Shown here: piece by piece, positions 40,054 through 53,870 of the stretch | Layout of the letters: the number at the start of each line of letters is the position of its first letter | Numbering within the stretch: the first letter of the stretch is position 1 | Source of the DNA: Paramecium tetraurelia | Taxonomy: Eukaryota | Assembly (NCBI GenBank): GCA_000165425.1 | Contig: CT867988.1 | Location: 93,370 to 157,369 of the forward strand | Length of the DNA: 64,000 nucleotides | Direction: 5' to 3' | Program-made: the position numbers and the translations under genes | The notes under the pieces: generated by a model | Seen by the model: the letters and a program-made list of their open reading frames with translations, nothing else | The model's database searches: none | What the model was told of the DNA's origin: nothing

Positions 40054-43000
40054 TCAGACTGAAAAATGCAAATCATGCGTAATGAAACTAATTACATAAG
40101 CATTCTCCATCAATCTGTCAAACGGGAACAGGGTTAACAGTTGCTTGCTTTCCTGATATTATGATTTAACTTTCTCTATCGATAGTTTAGTTGCAATCAA
40201 TGATATGCTCATAATGATGCAAGCAAAGGCAAACATGACTGCATTGATTAAAAACGTCGAATCTATTAAAGATTTAATTTAATTTGTAAGTAGTTCGATA
40301 ATAACTTAAAATCCGTATTATGCATATAACCTTTGTATTTGAATTTATGAATCTTGATATGACTCTTTCAAGCCATTTAATTTACTTGTGGTAACTCCTT
40401 ATAGGAAATCCAATTAATGTGAATATAAGTCTTAAACTACTGAACTTAGTCCCTTCTCAAGAATAGAAATCGATTAACACTACTAAAGAGTAAAAAGATT
40501 CTAAAAGTCATCGTAGCTGTACGATCTACACTAAGTTAATATAGTTACAATTCGCTCAGAAACAGGCTGCACAAGTTTTCTACTAAAATTCCATAGACTT
40601 AAAGATTTTAATCTTCTTAGTACAAAGAGAGACTTGTAGTTAACTACCCTAATTATTGAACAGCGGCATCATAATAATCAATCATGTCGGATGTAATTGT
40701 ATTATTTAGGAGAATGGCTTGTTGAGCATATGTGGATGCTAAGGAATTAAAGGTTATTGAGAATGATGTTTTTTCTTGATATCTTGCAGATACATTTGAT
40801 TGGGTAATCTATTATAAGATGAAACTTCCAACAAAATAGCATGAACAGATAAAGGCATATATAAATATGAATAAGAAGAAAAAGATTTATGCTGAGTTAG
40901 TTTCTAGAATAGTTGTTTAAATACCATACATTTCTATGAAATTTACTTCCCAACTCTATTATGTTTATCTAACATATTTGAAGTAACCGTTTTCTAATAT
41001 TAACGCATCATTGTGGTTTCAAATTATTCCTCATCAGTTTCATGATTTCTAAATCTAGTGTTGTTTAATTAAGTGTAAAGGGAACTGAATTAAACAAATT
41101 ATTCTTATATAACTTCTTTAGAAAAAGTACAAAACAATTTGTAAATTTTCTATTTCATTTATATAATTTAAAAACATAAATATATGTAGTTTCCAAGTAA
41201 AATCAATAAGATTATCTATTCGACAATTACACTAAGATTTAAAACTATAAAAATTACAAGACTGATAAACTGAGTAGGTTTTTGGTTGAATCAGTGTTCT
41301 AAATTTCATTAATCTAAATATTGAAAGCATCAGTATTGTTATAGAATTCAGAATAATTGATTTAATCATTCATATTCAACACTTTTGTAAGCTGAGACAC
41401 AATATTCAATGTTCTACTTTCCATAGTTAGGTTACTGACAATATTAATATGAGGTAACAAAACTATAGTTTTGTCAATATTTTTAATGTTAATTAGGAAA
41501 TATTAGAAGGCTATTCTACTTAATTGATTAAAACTAAATTGAACCTCATCTAAATAAGATTAATCAATAATGAATTCATTGTAATAGTAAGAGAATTGGA
41601 AGGGTAAATTTTCATAGTTTTAATTTTAGTGTATTTTCTCAAAATTAAAATACAATATCAGGAAATTAATCAAAAATCCTGACAATATTAATACATAAAC
41701 GAATAGCAGAAATAGTTTCGTTCTTACAGTCAATCCCTTAGAATCAGATAGACAATCTTTAATTTACCTTTTAAGTGCAGTAGTGTTATTTTAGGATGAT
41801 CGACTCCCTACTGAACCATTATTATATTGCACATTTTGCTACTCTTATGCATTATCTTTGATATCAGATTCTGCTTCGCTAAAATCATTACTCTTTTCTG
41901 AAGGATCATTTTGAAAATCTATTATTCTTCCTTAAAGTTAATTTTCACTATTTTGTAATAAAAAGGGATCTTTTTGATTGTTTTGAGCTGTGCTATTAAT
42001 ATTAATGGTTGCTAATTAGTTCCTTAGTTCTTCAATCATCTTAATATCTTCTATCAAATTCTCATATTCCAAATCGCATTCATTTAGAGGACCACATCCA
42101 GGAGGAGAATTCAATGAAGAGAGTAAAAGATCTGTTGTTTTTTGAGTTGGAATTTCATTCTGTGTAGAAATGTTAATTAATTATGATGATCTATTTCTTA
42201 ATTGAACTAGTTGTCTACTGGTTATCTTTTGATTCATTAATTATTTAAATTCAGGGATTTCAACAATAACTAATCTAAAAATAAATATACATTATACCTA
42301 AGATTTATAGTTATTAGACTCATTAAATGGACAGAAATCTAATAAACCACATTTTCATGAGGTAGACTTTCAAATGATTTAGCAATTTTTGATTGACTAG
42401 TTGTTCTAGAAAATATATTAGATCTTGATCGAACGAGACTCCTACTCATTTATTTAGTGATCAATGGAAGAATTAATTAGCAATCAAATCTTTTGTCTAG
42501 TCTATCAAAATGTTCATCGAATAGACTATTCCAAATCTTTGCTAATTCAGGAATGAAAACCAAACAATCTAATCCTTTGAGTTAACTAAGTTCTAATCCT
42601 AAATGTTTCTCAAAAACACTCTCAAATAAATTCTAAGTCAATTCTTCAATCTAACCTTATTCATTTAACATCATATAACCATAGGTCAAATTTACTGGGG
42701 TTATTAAAGCAGTAGCTCCAAATTCGGTTGGACTTGCCTCTATTCTTAATCTAGTATTGATTGGAACTACAAATTAAGACTTGGTCTTTCCCAAGATCAC
42801 TCTCACAGCAGTTTTAACTACATTTATTCTGCCTCTCTCAACAAAATTATCCAGATACAAATCATGATCATTTGCTATTATTTGAGGCATAAATCTGTTT
42901 ATGTTCTGATTTTAAATCTCCTCATCCTTAAACCCAATAGCCTTCTAAAATGACCTTGTGTATCTGATAACATTTCCTCTTGGTTACAATAAGGTTATTT

Positions 43001-45019
43001 ATATCACACAGCTACCTGGATCATAAATTATCTTCTCTGCTGATTATAAAAATTGCATCATTATTTGACCTTCTCTTCTATACAATTTTGGCCTGAATTT
43101 ATTATAGTGGACATATTTGTGGAATATGTTAAAAATGGTATCACACTCATTATTTTAAGGATTTGTTTTAAATAGTAATTAAAACTACTTCTCAAGGATT
43201 TTAATATTTTTAATTAACTTAAATCCAATATCTAAAAGCAAATCAATGTCAATAATCTAAGTAAGAATACAACCATAAAATTCCTTCTATATTTAAAATG
43301 ATATACCTTTTCTTCTTTAACAACTAAACATAAATTTTATTTCAAAACATTGAGTGATTCTTCATATTGATAGACTTTCTTAAACACAAACTTTTGATTC
43401 ACTAAATCATTTTTTTTTACTAATTCGCTAAACTTTTATAAAGCATCCTGTTTCAATTTATGTACAATTGCTTATTACTTTAGAGGTTATTCCTTATAAA
43501 TTTATATTCAAATACATACTTTTTCAACCATAGAGAATCTAATAACTTCATAGATTGCTTAGGTTGGCACTTTTTTTATTTAAACTAAAAAGTATATGTA
43601 AATTAACAATAGGTTAGTATTTGATTTTTCAATGATCTCATCTTCAAGTGTTTATCCAATCAATCCTTTTGCAAATTGTTTCATAGACTCCAAACTTTAA
43701 AAGGAATCAATTCCAAGAAAAAAGTCTTGACAAAAACACTTATATTTAAGCTTGATATTCTTCAACATCTTTCTTTCTCTTTACATTTTACATTCTCTCA
43801 AATGTTTTGAGATGAATGTGTAAATTTCTAGTGATTATTTTGGATCAAGCAGTCTTTATTGTTTTTTCAGTTCCACTTATTATTTGAAGATTATATGCAA
43901 TCTTCTAATGTACTTTTCCAAATCTCTTGGCTAATAGTTAGTATTTTTCAAATCTTATCTAATTAAAATTTAATTTGTCAGAAATATCAAAGGGGGATAA
44001 CATACCAATATCAATAGCACTATGCTAATTTTTAAGGCTGGTTAACCATATTGGCATATTATCAAGAGCAATTAATAGATTATTGTAAAAACAACAATTC
44101 TCAGATTCAATCTTGATATCCGATAATCTATAAATATTTATTAATGATAATCGCAAAGGATTTAAATTACTGATTTGATTATTCCAAACAATTAAACAAG
44201 TAAGACTGATGCTTGAATACCAGACAAAAATATGACTCTAAATTACTAATTATTATAAATATATACATTAATTAGAATGCATAAAGTAGATGCAGTTTTT
44301 ATGACTAAAATTTGCCCAAATAGTCGTAGTTCTTCATTCGATGATCAAACTAATGCAAATTTATTAATAATCCTATTGTTATTTATTCACCGATAGTTAT
44401 TATGGCAAAGATGAACCCAGCCAATTCGAAATAAGAGTAATTTTCTTTCATATTTTAATTTCATACAAAAATTGAATAATTCAGTAACTAAACTGAATCC
44501 ACAAAAGAGTAATGGGATTTACAATAATCCATGATGAATCTAGAAAAAGAAGGACAATATAATATTTATTAGATGATTCTACTCAGCTATTGTTTCGAGA
44601 TTCTTATTTAGTTATTTTAGTTTTACTTGTTCAATTGCCAAAAATTACAGGCCTTGGTTTTTCATCCTAAGCACCTTCAATTTGAAAATCTAGCACAGCA
44701 GTAGTAAAATGAGTATGCTTTACAATAGAAATCCAAAAATAACAAATATAATTCTAAGGTTGATCGAATTTCCTAATATCATGTAAAATCTAATATATAT
44801 AATATTACTTGACCTAAAGTAATCTATAAAATTTCTGATATGGTTTAAAAACTAATCATATTCAAACTCATTTAGTTTCTAAGTATAAATTGACAGCATT
44901 TGAATATTTTCAATCAACAAAATCACAACAGCTATTTTAAAAGATTTCCTCCAAGTTTCTTTTACATTCAAAAATTCTTGAACGTAATAGCTTTTCATCT
45001 AAAAAATAAATTTGTTCAT
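40054..45019 (-). CDS. Giant multi-pass membrane protein with PAS domain (TmcB/TmcC-like architecture), about 1600 aa
   Basis: N-terminal TM cluster and helical region; PAS-like RGNVIRYTRSFQKAIGFKDEEIQNQNINRFMPQIIANDHDLYLDNF; Ser-rich linker; further TM pairs; terminal LLTLFPFDRLMENAYV. Confidence 0.75.
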
Positions 45020-45115
45020 TTTTAAATCAAAGAATAATTAATTAATATATAAACTCTAATTTTAATAAATTCATACATAAATTAATTATAACAATCATAA
45101 ATTGAGACTTTCGCC

Positions 45116-46090
45116 TCAATTAAGTTATTTAACCAAGCTTTGCTCCCACATCTTTAACTGTTATTCCTTCTATCGAAGTTCCTCTTCTTTCAGTTTTATC
45201 TGAGCATGTCTCTCTTTTAGCTTCTTCTCCTTGATCCTCAAACTAATCAAAGGCAATTTGAGAATCTCCATCACACTAGGTCTTTTAGACGGATCTACAA
45301 TGATAAGCATAATTTAGAACCAGCATCAAGCATTGAAGTAATTAATTGATGAAGATCCTCAGAAAATCTTAGAGGAATTCTATCAAATTGACCACTTTTG
45401 ATTTTTATGGCTAAACTCAAATGATTGGTTGCTTCAAAAGGAGGTTTTAAGGCTGCCAATTCGTAAAGCAAACATCCGCAAGACCAAATGTCGCTGCTTT
45501 CGTCATAATAGGCTTCAGTGATTTATTCTGGAGACATATAATATGGTGTTCCAACATGGGTTTTACAAAATTGTGAGTTTTCACCTAAAATTCTTGATAA
45601 CCCAAAATCTCCGAGTTTGATATTGTTGTTTTCATCTAGGAATATATTAGCAGGCTTAACATCTCTATGCAATATTTTAGGAGTTCTATTATGACATTCA
45701 TTAATTGCCAAAGACAACTGAGTGAATATCTTCCAGATTACATCTTCTGCGATGTAATCTTTATCCTTTTTGCATTTCTTAAGTAATTAACTAAGATCCC
45801 CTCCAGAACAGTATTCAGTGATGATATAAATTTTTGCTTGTTTTTTATCAATAATTCTAATGGATTCAATTATCTCGATACCTTTCATAATATTAAACAA
45901 TATTTGAATGGGTTAATTCTCTTAGTATATTAACCTCATTAACTAATTAATTCTTTTCCTTTTCAGTCATGATTCCATAATGTAATTCTTTACAAGCAAG
46001 TATTTTCTAATCGCTTTTCCTCATCACTTTATAAACCACTCCAAAAGACCCCTTGCCTAGAATATTCATTTTTTCATAATGCTCTTCCAT
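45116..46090 (-). CDS. NIMA-related (NEK2-like) kinase with C-terminal coiled coil
   Basis: [63 protein letters not shown]. Confidence 0.93.
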
Positions 46091-46207
46091 TTTTTAAATT
46101 TGAATTAATATATTTTAGAAATAAACCAAATGCAATAGTTTTTTAAAACTGTGAATTATTATTAAATTGAGGATATTTTATATATAAATTGTAATGTGAA
46201 TAATAAG

Positions 46208-49200
46208 TCAAAATTGGAGTTTGCCTGCACCTTCTGAGGCAGGTCTTACTTAAGACGATTTTACATTTCTAATGCTTTTTTTAAGCAATTTACTGCGCCT
46301 TAAAGTGTGTTCAGTCACAAGACCAGAATCTCGTCTCGATTCAGGAATGTCGAATTTGGGAACTATGATCTGTTGATACCTGTATTTCTCAAAGAATGTT
46401 TCAGGGTGTATCATATATTTCAACAATTATGACTAATTCTCTCTTAATTGAGGATTCAATAGATGCTACTACTTGTAGAAATACATTCTTTCCAAGATCG
46501 AATCTAGGTTATTTTGAATTTGATAATGTTTAAACTTTTTATATGATTCCATCGTCAACTACTAATCTTTCTTTTGATATTCATTCAATAGATTTATTTC
46601 CATTTTTAATTTGATTTCCAAGATCATAGTATCTGCAATGTCTTTCTCTGATAAGATTTATTTTTTGCCATCTTGTATCTATTTTAATCGGATTCTCACT
46701 TTATTTAGAATTCCTTTCAGGAATGCTTAGTCCTAAATGATCTCTAAAAAGGAATTCAATATAGATTTAGTCTCCTTTTTTTATTTTTACTTTTTTTTCA
46801 TTCTATACATGTTTGTGATTGCTTTTACAACCTTTTTCAATTTTTAAATATTCTCTCTAACTCTATTTTGATTTAATTCGATAGTTACAGAAGGCTTCAT
46901 CTTTTAGTATTTACGAAAAATAGAACTTTTGGTTTGTTCCTCTTCCTTAATGATCATCAGATTATTTCTGGCTTTACTCATTAAAGATGCTTTCATTGAT
47001 TAATCATCTATATCCATCTATTCAATAGTTCTTGTTCTTTACTTGAAAAGAGTTGACCTCTTTTTTACGATTGGCGGTTCTAAATTCAATTTTGAGGATT
47101 GATCTAATACAGAAAGGAAAGCAGTTGAAGTAAATAATTATTAAGATTAAGGCTAGTTAATAATTTAAAGATTAGAACTACTTTATTCAAGATTAGTTTA
47201 GTTAATTTAAGCCTCACTTTTTTTTAATGCTTCATCCTCTGGTTCCTCATAGAACTCAGCCCATTTCCAATTATTATTATTAAATGATGACGCTTCATGT
47301 TCAATAATTTCTTAATCATATCTTGCTGCAAAGTACCCTTTTTGACGATAAGGGTTTCTTAAGAAATGAGAATTTCTTATTTATTGATTACTAAACTGAT
47401 GTCTTTTAATAATTAATTCTCGATCTGGAATATAATGTAATAAAGGGCATTAGAGTACTCTATGATAACTTGAATTGCAACTAAAACACTTCATATGCAA
47501 TGCACTCACATCATCAAATTAAATACTATCATATAGATTTCTAAATCTTTCATAATCTTCTGGAAAGTCTTATATGATTTTCAAAAAGTCATCTCTAGAC
47601 AGCATCAATAATTTAGAGAATCCTATACTTCTAAATCTCTCTTATGATTATTTTCCACTTATAAAACCGATAATTCCTAGACTTGATCCTTTTCCAACTT
47701 TACTAACTTCTGCAATCTATGGACTTTCCAAAATCTAATCAATTTAATCATTCTAAATGAAGATTTGAATGTCTCCGAATTCAACAAAACATACATATAA
47801 TTAACCAGCAGGAATTTAAGGGAATATTGAATCAAAGTTGATGATGTTCTCTGGTTAAATAACTGCTGGTTTAATTTTATGAACCAACTTGGACTTTAAA
47901 GCATCACTAAAATTGTTTTTAAACAAAGGACATTCATTTAAAATCATTGAGTTTGATTCATTCATTAATTTTTCCCTTAGATCCTCTGATAATTAATTAA
48001 TAATCTCATTTAATTCATCATTCTCTACTTAATTCTATGATTCCCAATAATAATTTAAATATTCTCTGATTTAATATTGTAATTGGTATTGAATCTTTTT
48101 ATTTTACATATAAGTATTTATCTTCCTCATCTTTCTCATCTTCTCTTATCCATAAGCAGATATTGTATCTATGATTGCCCCCACAGTACTGACACTATAA
48201 CTTAGTTGAATACTGCAAATCATCATATAGAGAATAGCTACTATTCTTTCTAAATAACTAATTGGTACAACGTCTCCATAACCGATAGTGAACATTGTGA
48301 CAGTCGAGAAATAGAAGGAATACAAATATTAGACTTACCAGGTCTCATTTTAAATGTGATAAAACTCTAACCAACATCCTTTTTCAGAGTACTGTTCACT
48401 ATAATATCCAACCTAATAAATTATTAATATAATAAATTACAAAGTACCAAAGGCATGAGTAGCAATGCAGAACAAAGAATAAAAGTAACAATAATTTGAA
48501 CAATTCTAATAATGAACTACTAGGCTTGGATAAATTTAACGTCTCTTCTATTTAACTTATTAATTTAGGAATATTTCTGCTTTGTACATAAAATAACAAC
48601 ATTAATAGATCCCACCATGAATTCATAAGGTTGAATCCATGTTTGGAGGAATTAAAGATTATGGCATAAATGACCAATATTAGTATTGAAATTGCTTCTA
48701 GACCATAACTTTTGCTAATTACATTTTTGGCTATTGTGGCTCTGTTACTAACAATTTGTCCAAATTAATAAAATGAATTATTAAAGCTTAGAATGAAGTC
48801 TACGACCAATAGCATTATCATAAAAATGGTGGTTGCAAAGAGTTGACCATAGATAATTTGCTATTAATTCCAAGCCAGATCCAATGGAATGGTGAATAAA
48901 AAATATAGTCTGCTTATCATAACCACACAATCCCAAACAATTTTTGATCTAGATTCTGGTGTGATCAGAGGTATCTTTTCTAATTCTGATTCGATCTTCT
49001 TATATAAATTATTAGTGCAGGTTTTTAATTGAGAATAATGTTTTTAAAATCTTGTTGTGAATTCTCTAGGACTAATAATGTTATGATCATTACTTCTTTT
49101 TGAGACTTTAATTTAAGTTATCATGAGAATTACTAAATTGACTAATCATAGGTTTGAGATTAAGAGCACTGTCTCTAAAGAGTTTCAGATTGAAAGATGA

Positions 49201-49626
49201 TCCTAAATCTTTGAGTATTTTGTATTGATAGAAATTAAATTGAGCATTTATTTTCTTTTTCCAACTTATTCGATTGATGAATCTCTTGATAAAGCAGAAT
49301 TAAATGACACTGTATATTTGCTATTATTGATGCAAATGTTGAGGAGGTTCTGAGAGTCTGGTACTTGTCTTATTAACTAGGAAATGAGTGGAGGGACTAT
49401 TGAGAGTCGAATCAAATTAAACTCTTTTGCCTTTATTAACTTTTTCCTTAGAACTTTGACTATTCTAATTGTTATTGCTTTGTATTTTTGAACCTTGTAT
49501 CGAAAAATTGCCCTCTGATAGAGAATAATTGAGGAAATCCTGAATCTCACCAATAGGTTCATCAGTTAACATTAGCTAATTCAATTTTGATCCTGGATGT
49601 TCAGTGTCTTATTATATTTAATTCAT
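46208..49626 (-). CDS. Voltage-gated K+ channel with C-terminal cyclic-nucleotide-binding domain (EAG/KCNH-like ciliate family)
   Basis: S1-S6 helices; pore YSFYFSTVTMFTIGYGDVVP at about 48260-48320; C-linker; CNBD GSSLGIIGFISG..SQERFRS. Confidence 0.92.
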
Positions 49627-49914
49627 ATTTAAATAATTGTCTGAAAATCAAATATTATATTAAATTTAATTTTAACATATTTCATCATAAAAAGGTACTT
49701 TTTGAAGGTTACAGATACTCTTGTCTATACCATAATCGAAATCATAATTATATCCTTCAAAATGGAATAATTTAATTAGTGTAAAAAATAGATAAATTAA
49801 GAATATTAATCAATTTAATAAGTAAAAAGAACAAACTGTTGATATTTAGAGAAACAATATTATTATGAATAGAACTTAAATAATTATGTATTTCTAATTT
49901 AAGGTTAATATTTA

Positions 49915-50704
49915 TCATTATCTAGTATTATATGAGCCACAATTTTAACATTTTAAATAAATGTTAAATTAGACATTGTTGCTTTTGGCTTAGCAATCAG
50001 AACATATTATATTTACAACTTTATTCTCTAACTATTCTTTATTAATTTCAACCTGAAGCTATTGACTAATCTCATCCAACTCTAAGATTTCCTCTTTACT
50101 CATTTTCTAACTTTATTAAGTACATATTTACATAAATCGCTATATTGCAAATGGGACAATTTCTTAAACCTTTCCTGGTTTATTTTTCCAAACATTTAAT
50201 ATGCATAAAATGAGGACAATGAGTTAATTATTACACCAATTAAGTTGAATTTTTGAGATAATCCTAACAAACAGCGCAATTTTATTCAAATGCTTTTTGA
50301 ATACAAATATGTGTTGACTTTATTAAAAGTGATAAACAAACATCACATGTTTCGCAATGAAAATATTCTTCCTTTATTCCTAATCTGCACATATTACATT
50401 TTTCACAATGAAATTGATTCTTTTTCTCATCATCTTAATATAATTTACAAATTTCGCAATAGTATCTTGCAAATTGAATTCCACAATTTGTGCATAAATT
50501 AGAAGGTGCTTATTCTGTTAAACACTTTCTGCAACGAATTTCCTTAACATTATATCTATCCATAGTTTCAACCTTGCATCCTTCAGATTTAGGTCCTTTG
50601 TAATTTTGATCATGACATAATCTGCAAGGATAATAAATTTAACAGCATGGAGCTTTCTTATCACAATTTCTTTAATAATGTTTACAATTTATCTATTTTA
50701 TCAT
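49915..50704 (-). CDS. RCHY1: Pirh2/RCHY1-like E3 ligase (CHY, CTCHY, RING-H2, zinc ribbon)
   Basis: CKHYQRNCDKKAPCCQIYYPCRLCHD; FARYYCEICKLY; CAVC...CPHFMHIKC...CPIC; CSDC...KCQNCGSYNT. Confidence 0.9.
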
Positions 50705-50759
50705 TAATTAAATATTTATTTTAAATAACAAAAATTTGTTGTGATTTAGTTTTCTTATA

Positions 50760-51863
50760 TCAGATTAATTTCATTTTCAGCAACACTCTACCTATTTGAA
50801 TTTCCTTTACTTCATCGTCTATTAATAATTTATCTCTTATTATTCTCAAAGTCCCAAATTTACTCCCCTGATCCTATATATGCCAACCATCATTATTAAA
50901 TGAAATATTAGCATGATTTCTAGATACTGATATGTCCTAACATCTGATTTCACTGTTGTGACCTCTACCTATAGATATGGCATTTGCCCCAAAGGAGTGA
51001 ATGAATATTAAAATTTTTGATACATTATCCTGACGAGTTATCTATTCAAAGATTACATATGGTCCATCTAATTTCTCTATTTAAACTAATTGAAGTGGTT
51101 ATGGTTAATTCTCTAGATATATTCTTGCTGGCAAAGGAACTTTACATATCTGGATTATATGAGTCATAATAAAATTACTTCACATTCTAATGCTTAGTTC
51201 CATTGATATTACACAGTGTTTAAGGTTTACTTACAAGTAATACGATTACCAAAGTTGACCCATGCCTTCAAGCATTCATAATGAACATAAGACATCTGGC
51301 CTTAACAACCACACAAATTCGTTAGATATGGATTAGCTGGATCTTCAGCCTAGTCCACCTCTTCCATCAAACAAAACTTGCATTGTCTCGTCCCTGAGAC
51401 TTTTCCAGATTTTATGTGACGATCCAAATGATAATGGTCCTCTGCAGTCTGAACCTTCTCTCCATTGTTTAATTCTGATATGAAGCATTCACTAAATCAT
51501 TCTATGTTATATACAGTCTTCCAAATTTGAACAGGTCTCCAACCTATAACTATTCTTTATATTTAGGGTTCAATTTCACATATGAGTCTGAAAATTTGGG
51601 GTTGCTATAGTAATCTATTTTCAAAACTATTAATACAGATTTAGCCGTTCTCAAAAGATATCCTGCCTATACACTTTTCATTCTAATCATTTGACTATTC
51701 AACCACATCCTCTATTTGCAACATAAACAAAAATTATACTATTAAGGATTAAGTACACTGAATTTTAGACCATCATTTTAGAAACCTTTAGGTCCGATGA
51801 TTCATAATCAAAAAGCCCATGATTATTTTAAGTCCAAGTTGCAATCTCTATTGAAACTTACAT
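50760..51863 (-). CDS. FHA plus RINGv (MARCH-type) domain protein
   Basis: TWTQNNHGLFDYES N-terminus; CKFCL...LCGCQGQMSYVHYECLKAW; FHA IGRGHNSEIRCQDISVSRNHANI...SKFGTL. Confidence 0.85.
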
Positions 51864-51974
51864 TATAAATATATCAATTATAAAATTACTAAAATCCTTT
51901 AACTTCTGAACATAATCTAAAGCTCATATAGAGTAAAAATCATTTGATTTATTTTATAGAAATGGCTGACCTAC

Positions 51975-53033
51975 CCTCAATTCTAGAAAAGATTTGAATA
52001 TTGTTTTGTTTAATAAATTTATGTATATGTATAAATTGAAGCCTCATTAGTTGGAATAATCACTCTTTCGCTGTTGTTAATACTGCTAAATGTTGGTTCT
52101 TTTCTTATTTTGATCAACTATTTTAAAGATTCAGAAATTGGCATTATACCCACATTTAAATATTTTTTACTTTAAATTTTCTTTACTCTGATTTCAGTGA
52201 ATTAAACATAATCTAATTCTTTCTTTTTTTCCTATAATTATGATATAATATCCTGCATATTGAAGTTGTCTATCTTTTCATTAGTACTTTTTCAATAACA
52301 TAAACCTCCTAATGAAATGTAACTTATTATTATTTTTCTTAAATTCTAAATATTTTGTAAATTTTAAATAGATTAATTTAAACCGATTTATTTAATTGAT
52401 ATCTTTGCTTTTTTGTTAAAATCACAGATTTACTCAACCAAAGCATAGATTATTTTTTATTTAATTTAAACAAAATTTTCAGTTCTTCCTTTTAACAAGC
52501 AAGTTCAGCTTTTTATCGTAATTTTACTATTCTAATCCTCTCTAAAAAAGACTTAAGTTTCTAAATATTGATTACACTCATCTTAATAAAGAATGCGCTC
52601 TATAAGTTATAATTGATTCTACTAATTAATTAATCGTATTGAGTCTTGAGGTAGTTAAATTCTACTTATTTGGAATCATAAATAATTATATTTATTAAGT
52701 ATTTTAATAATTTTAGATTGCTTGCAATTAATTTATTTATAGATCTTACTTTGTCTCCTCAAGACCCAGATCCTATTCTTATTTTGATTAAATTAATTAA
52801 TCAAGAGATGTAGATAACTCAATTATGAGTGTTGCAAACTTTAACATAATATTATATTGATTTGGTATGATTTTTTGATCCATCTAATCAATTTAATCAT
52901 AAAGATAGTCAGATCCAAAATTCAGGACGTCATCAGTCAGTTAATGTGAGATATTGCTTTATCAAGTGATTGAATAGTAATTTGGAGAATTCTCTTTGCA
53001 TTTGAACATTTTTGAGAGACTGTCTGTTATCAT
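51975..53033 (-). pseudogene. Disrupted coiled-coil ORF (probable pseudogene)
   Basis: ATG at 53033, in-frame TGA at codon 24 (52962-52964), then the same frame stays open and coding-like for over 150 codons before further breaks. Confidence 0.45.
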
Positions 53034-53115
53034 ATATTTTTAACAATAATTAATAATTTTTTTGCTCTTTTTTTTCTTCAGAAATTTATAAATTATAATT
53101 TGTTTTTAAAAACTT

Positions 53116-53827
53116 ATGGCTCACAATCCAATCATCGATCATTAATCAAATAGCACAGATCATTCAATTGAAAATTTGTCTGATCAAAATTCTGAAGAAT
53201 CTTTTGAGATCGTCTAGCGAAAATTTAGAAACAAAAAATGCTATTAAGAGGAGGAACCTCTGAAAAAGAAGAAGGACCTTTGCCGAAATTATTAAATTAA
53301 TGGTAGTTGTAAATATGGAGATCAAGTAATTTTGTTTAAATCTTAATTAGTGTTTTTTTATACATACCCCCGCAAAAACTGAAAACTACAGTTATTCCAC
53401 AGCATCTACTAAGACTAAGCCTTGTAAGCGTTATTTTAGTGGGTTTTGCTGTTTTGGACCTAAATGTTAGTTTTTACATAATGAATGTATTGATCTTGTT
53501 GAATAGAGGGAATTCGTAGAAAAGCAATTCAAAGAATTGAAACTGATGGTTCCTTTGCATCCAAGTAAGTTTAGAAAGTTAATTTCTAGAAAAACTAGAT
53601 TAATCTATAAGGTTCGATTTATAGAGATTTCATCATCTTTATAAAATATTTGGAAGGAAACTGAACTTCAAAAGAGATGATTTGGTAATGAATAATTGTA
53701 AAAGGTATTGAGTGAATTGATAAATAGTCGATTAAAAATATTTATATCAATTTGTAGAAAGTAGGATAGATTTGAATAATTGTTGATGTCGAATAATACG
53801 AGTAGAAAGGAGAGTGAGCAATGTTGA
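53116..53827 (+). CDS. TIS11/ZFP36-like tandem CCCH zinc-finger RNA-binding protein; 3 introns
   Basis: KKKDLCRNYQINGSCKYGDQCFFIH and TKTKPCKRYFSGFCCFGPKCQFLH; C-terminal RLKIFISI. Confidence 0.85.
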
Positions 53828-53870
53828 TTACTAATAGTTATTATGTTATTATTAATAACTCTTATCAAAT

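Noticed and set aside
49915..51863. Adjacent RING E3 ligases, and nearby Ca2+/cyclic-nucleotide genes, as a functional cluster
   Set aside because: These families are heavily expanded in ciliates, so adjacency is unremarkable without synteny or co-expression data.
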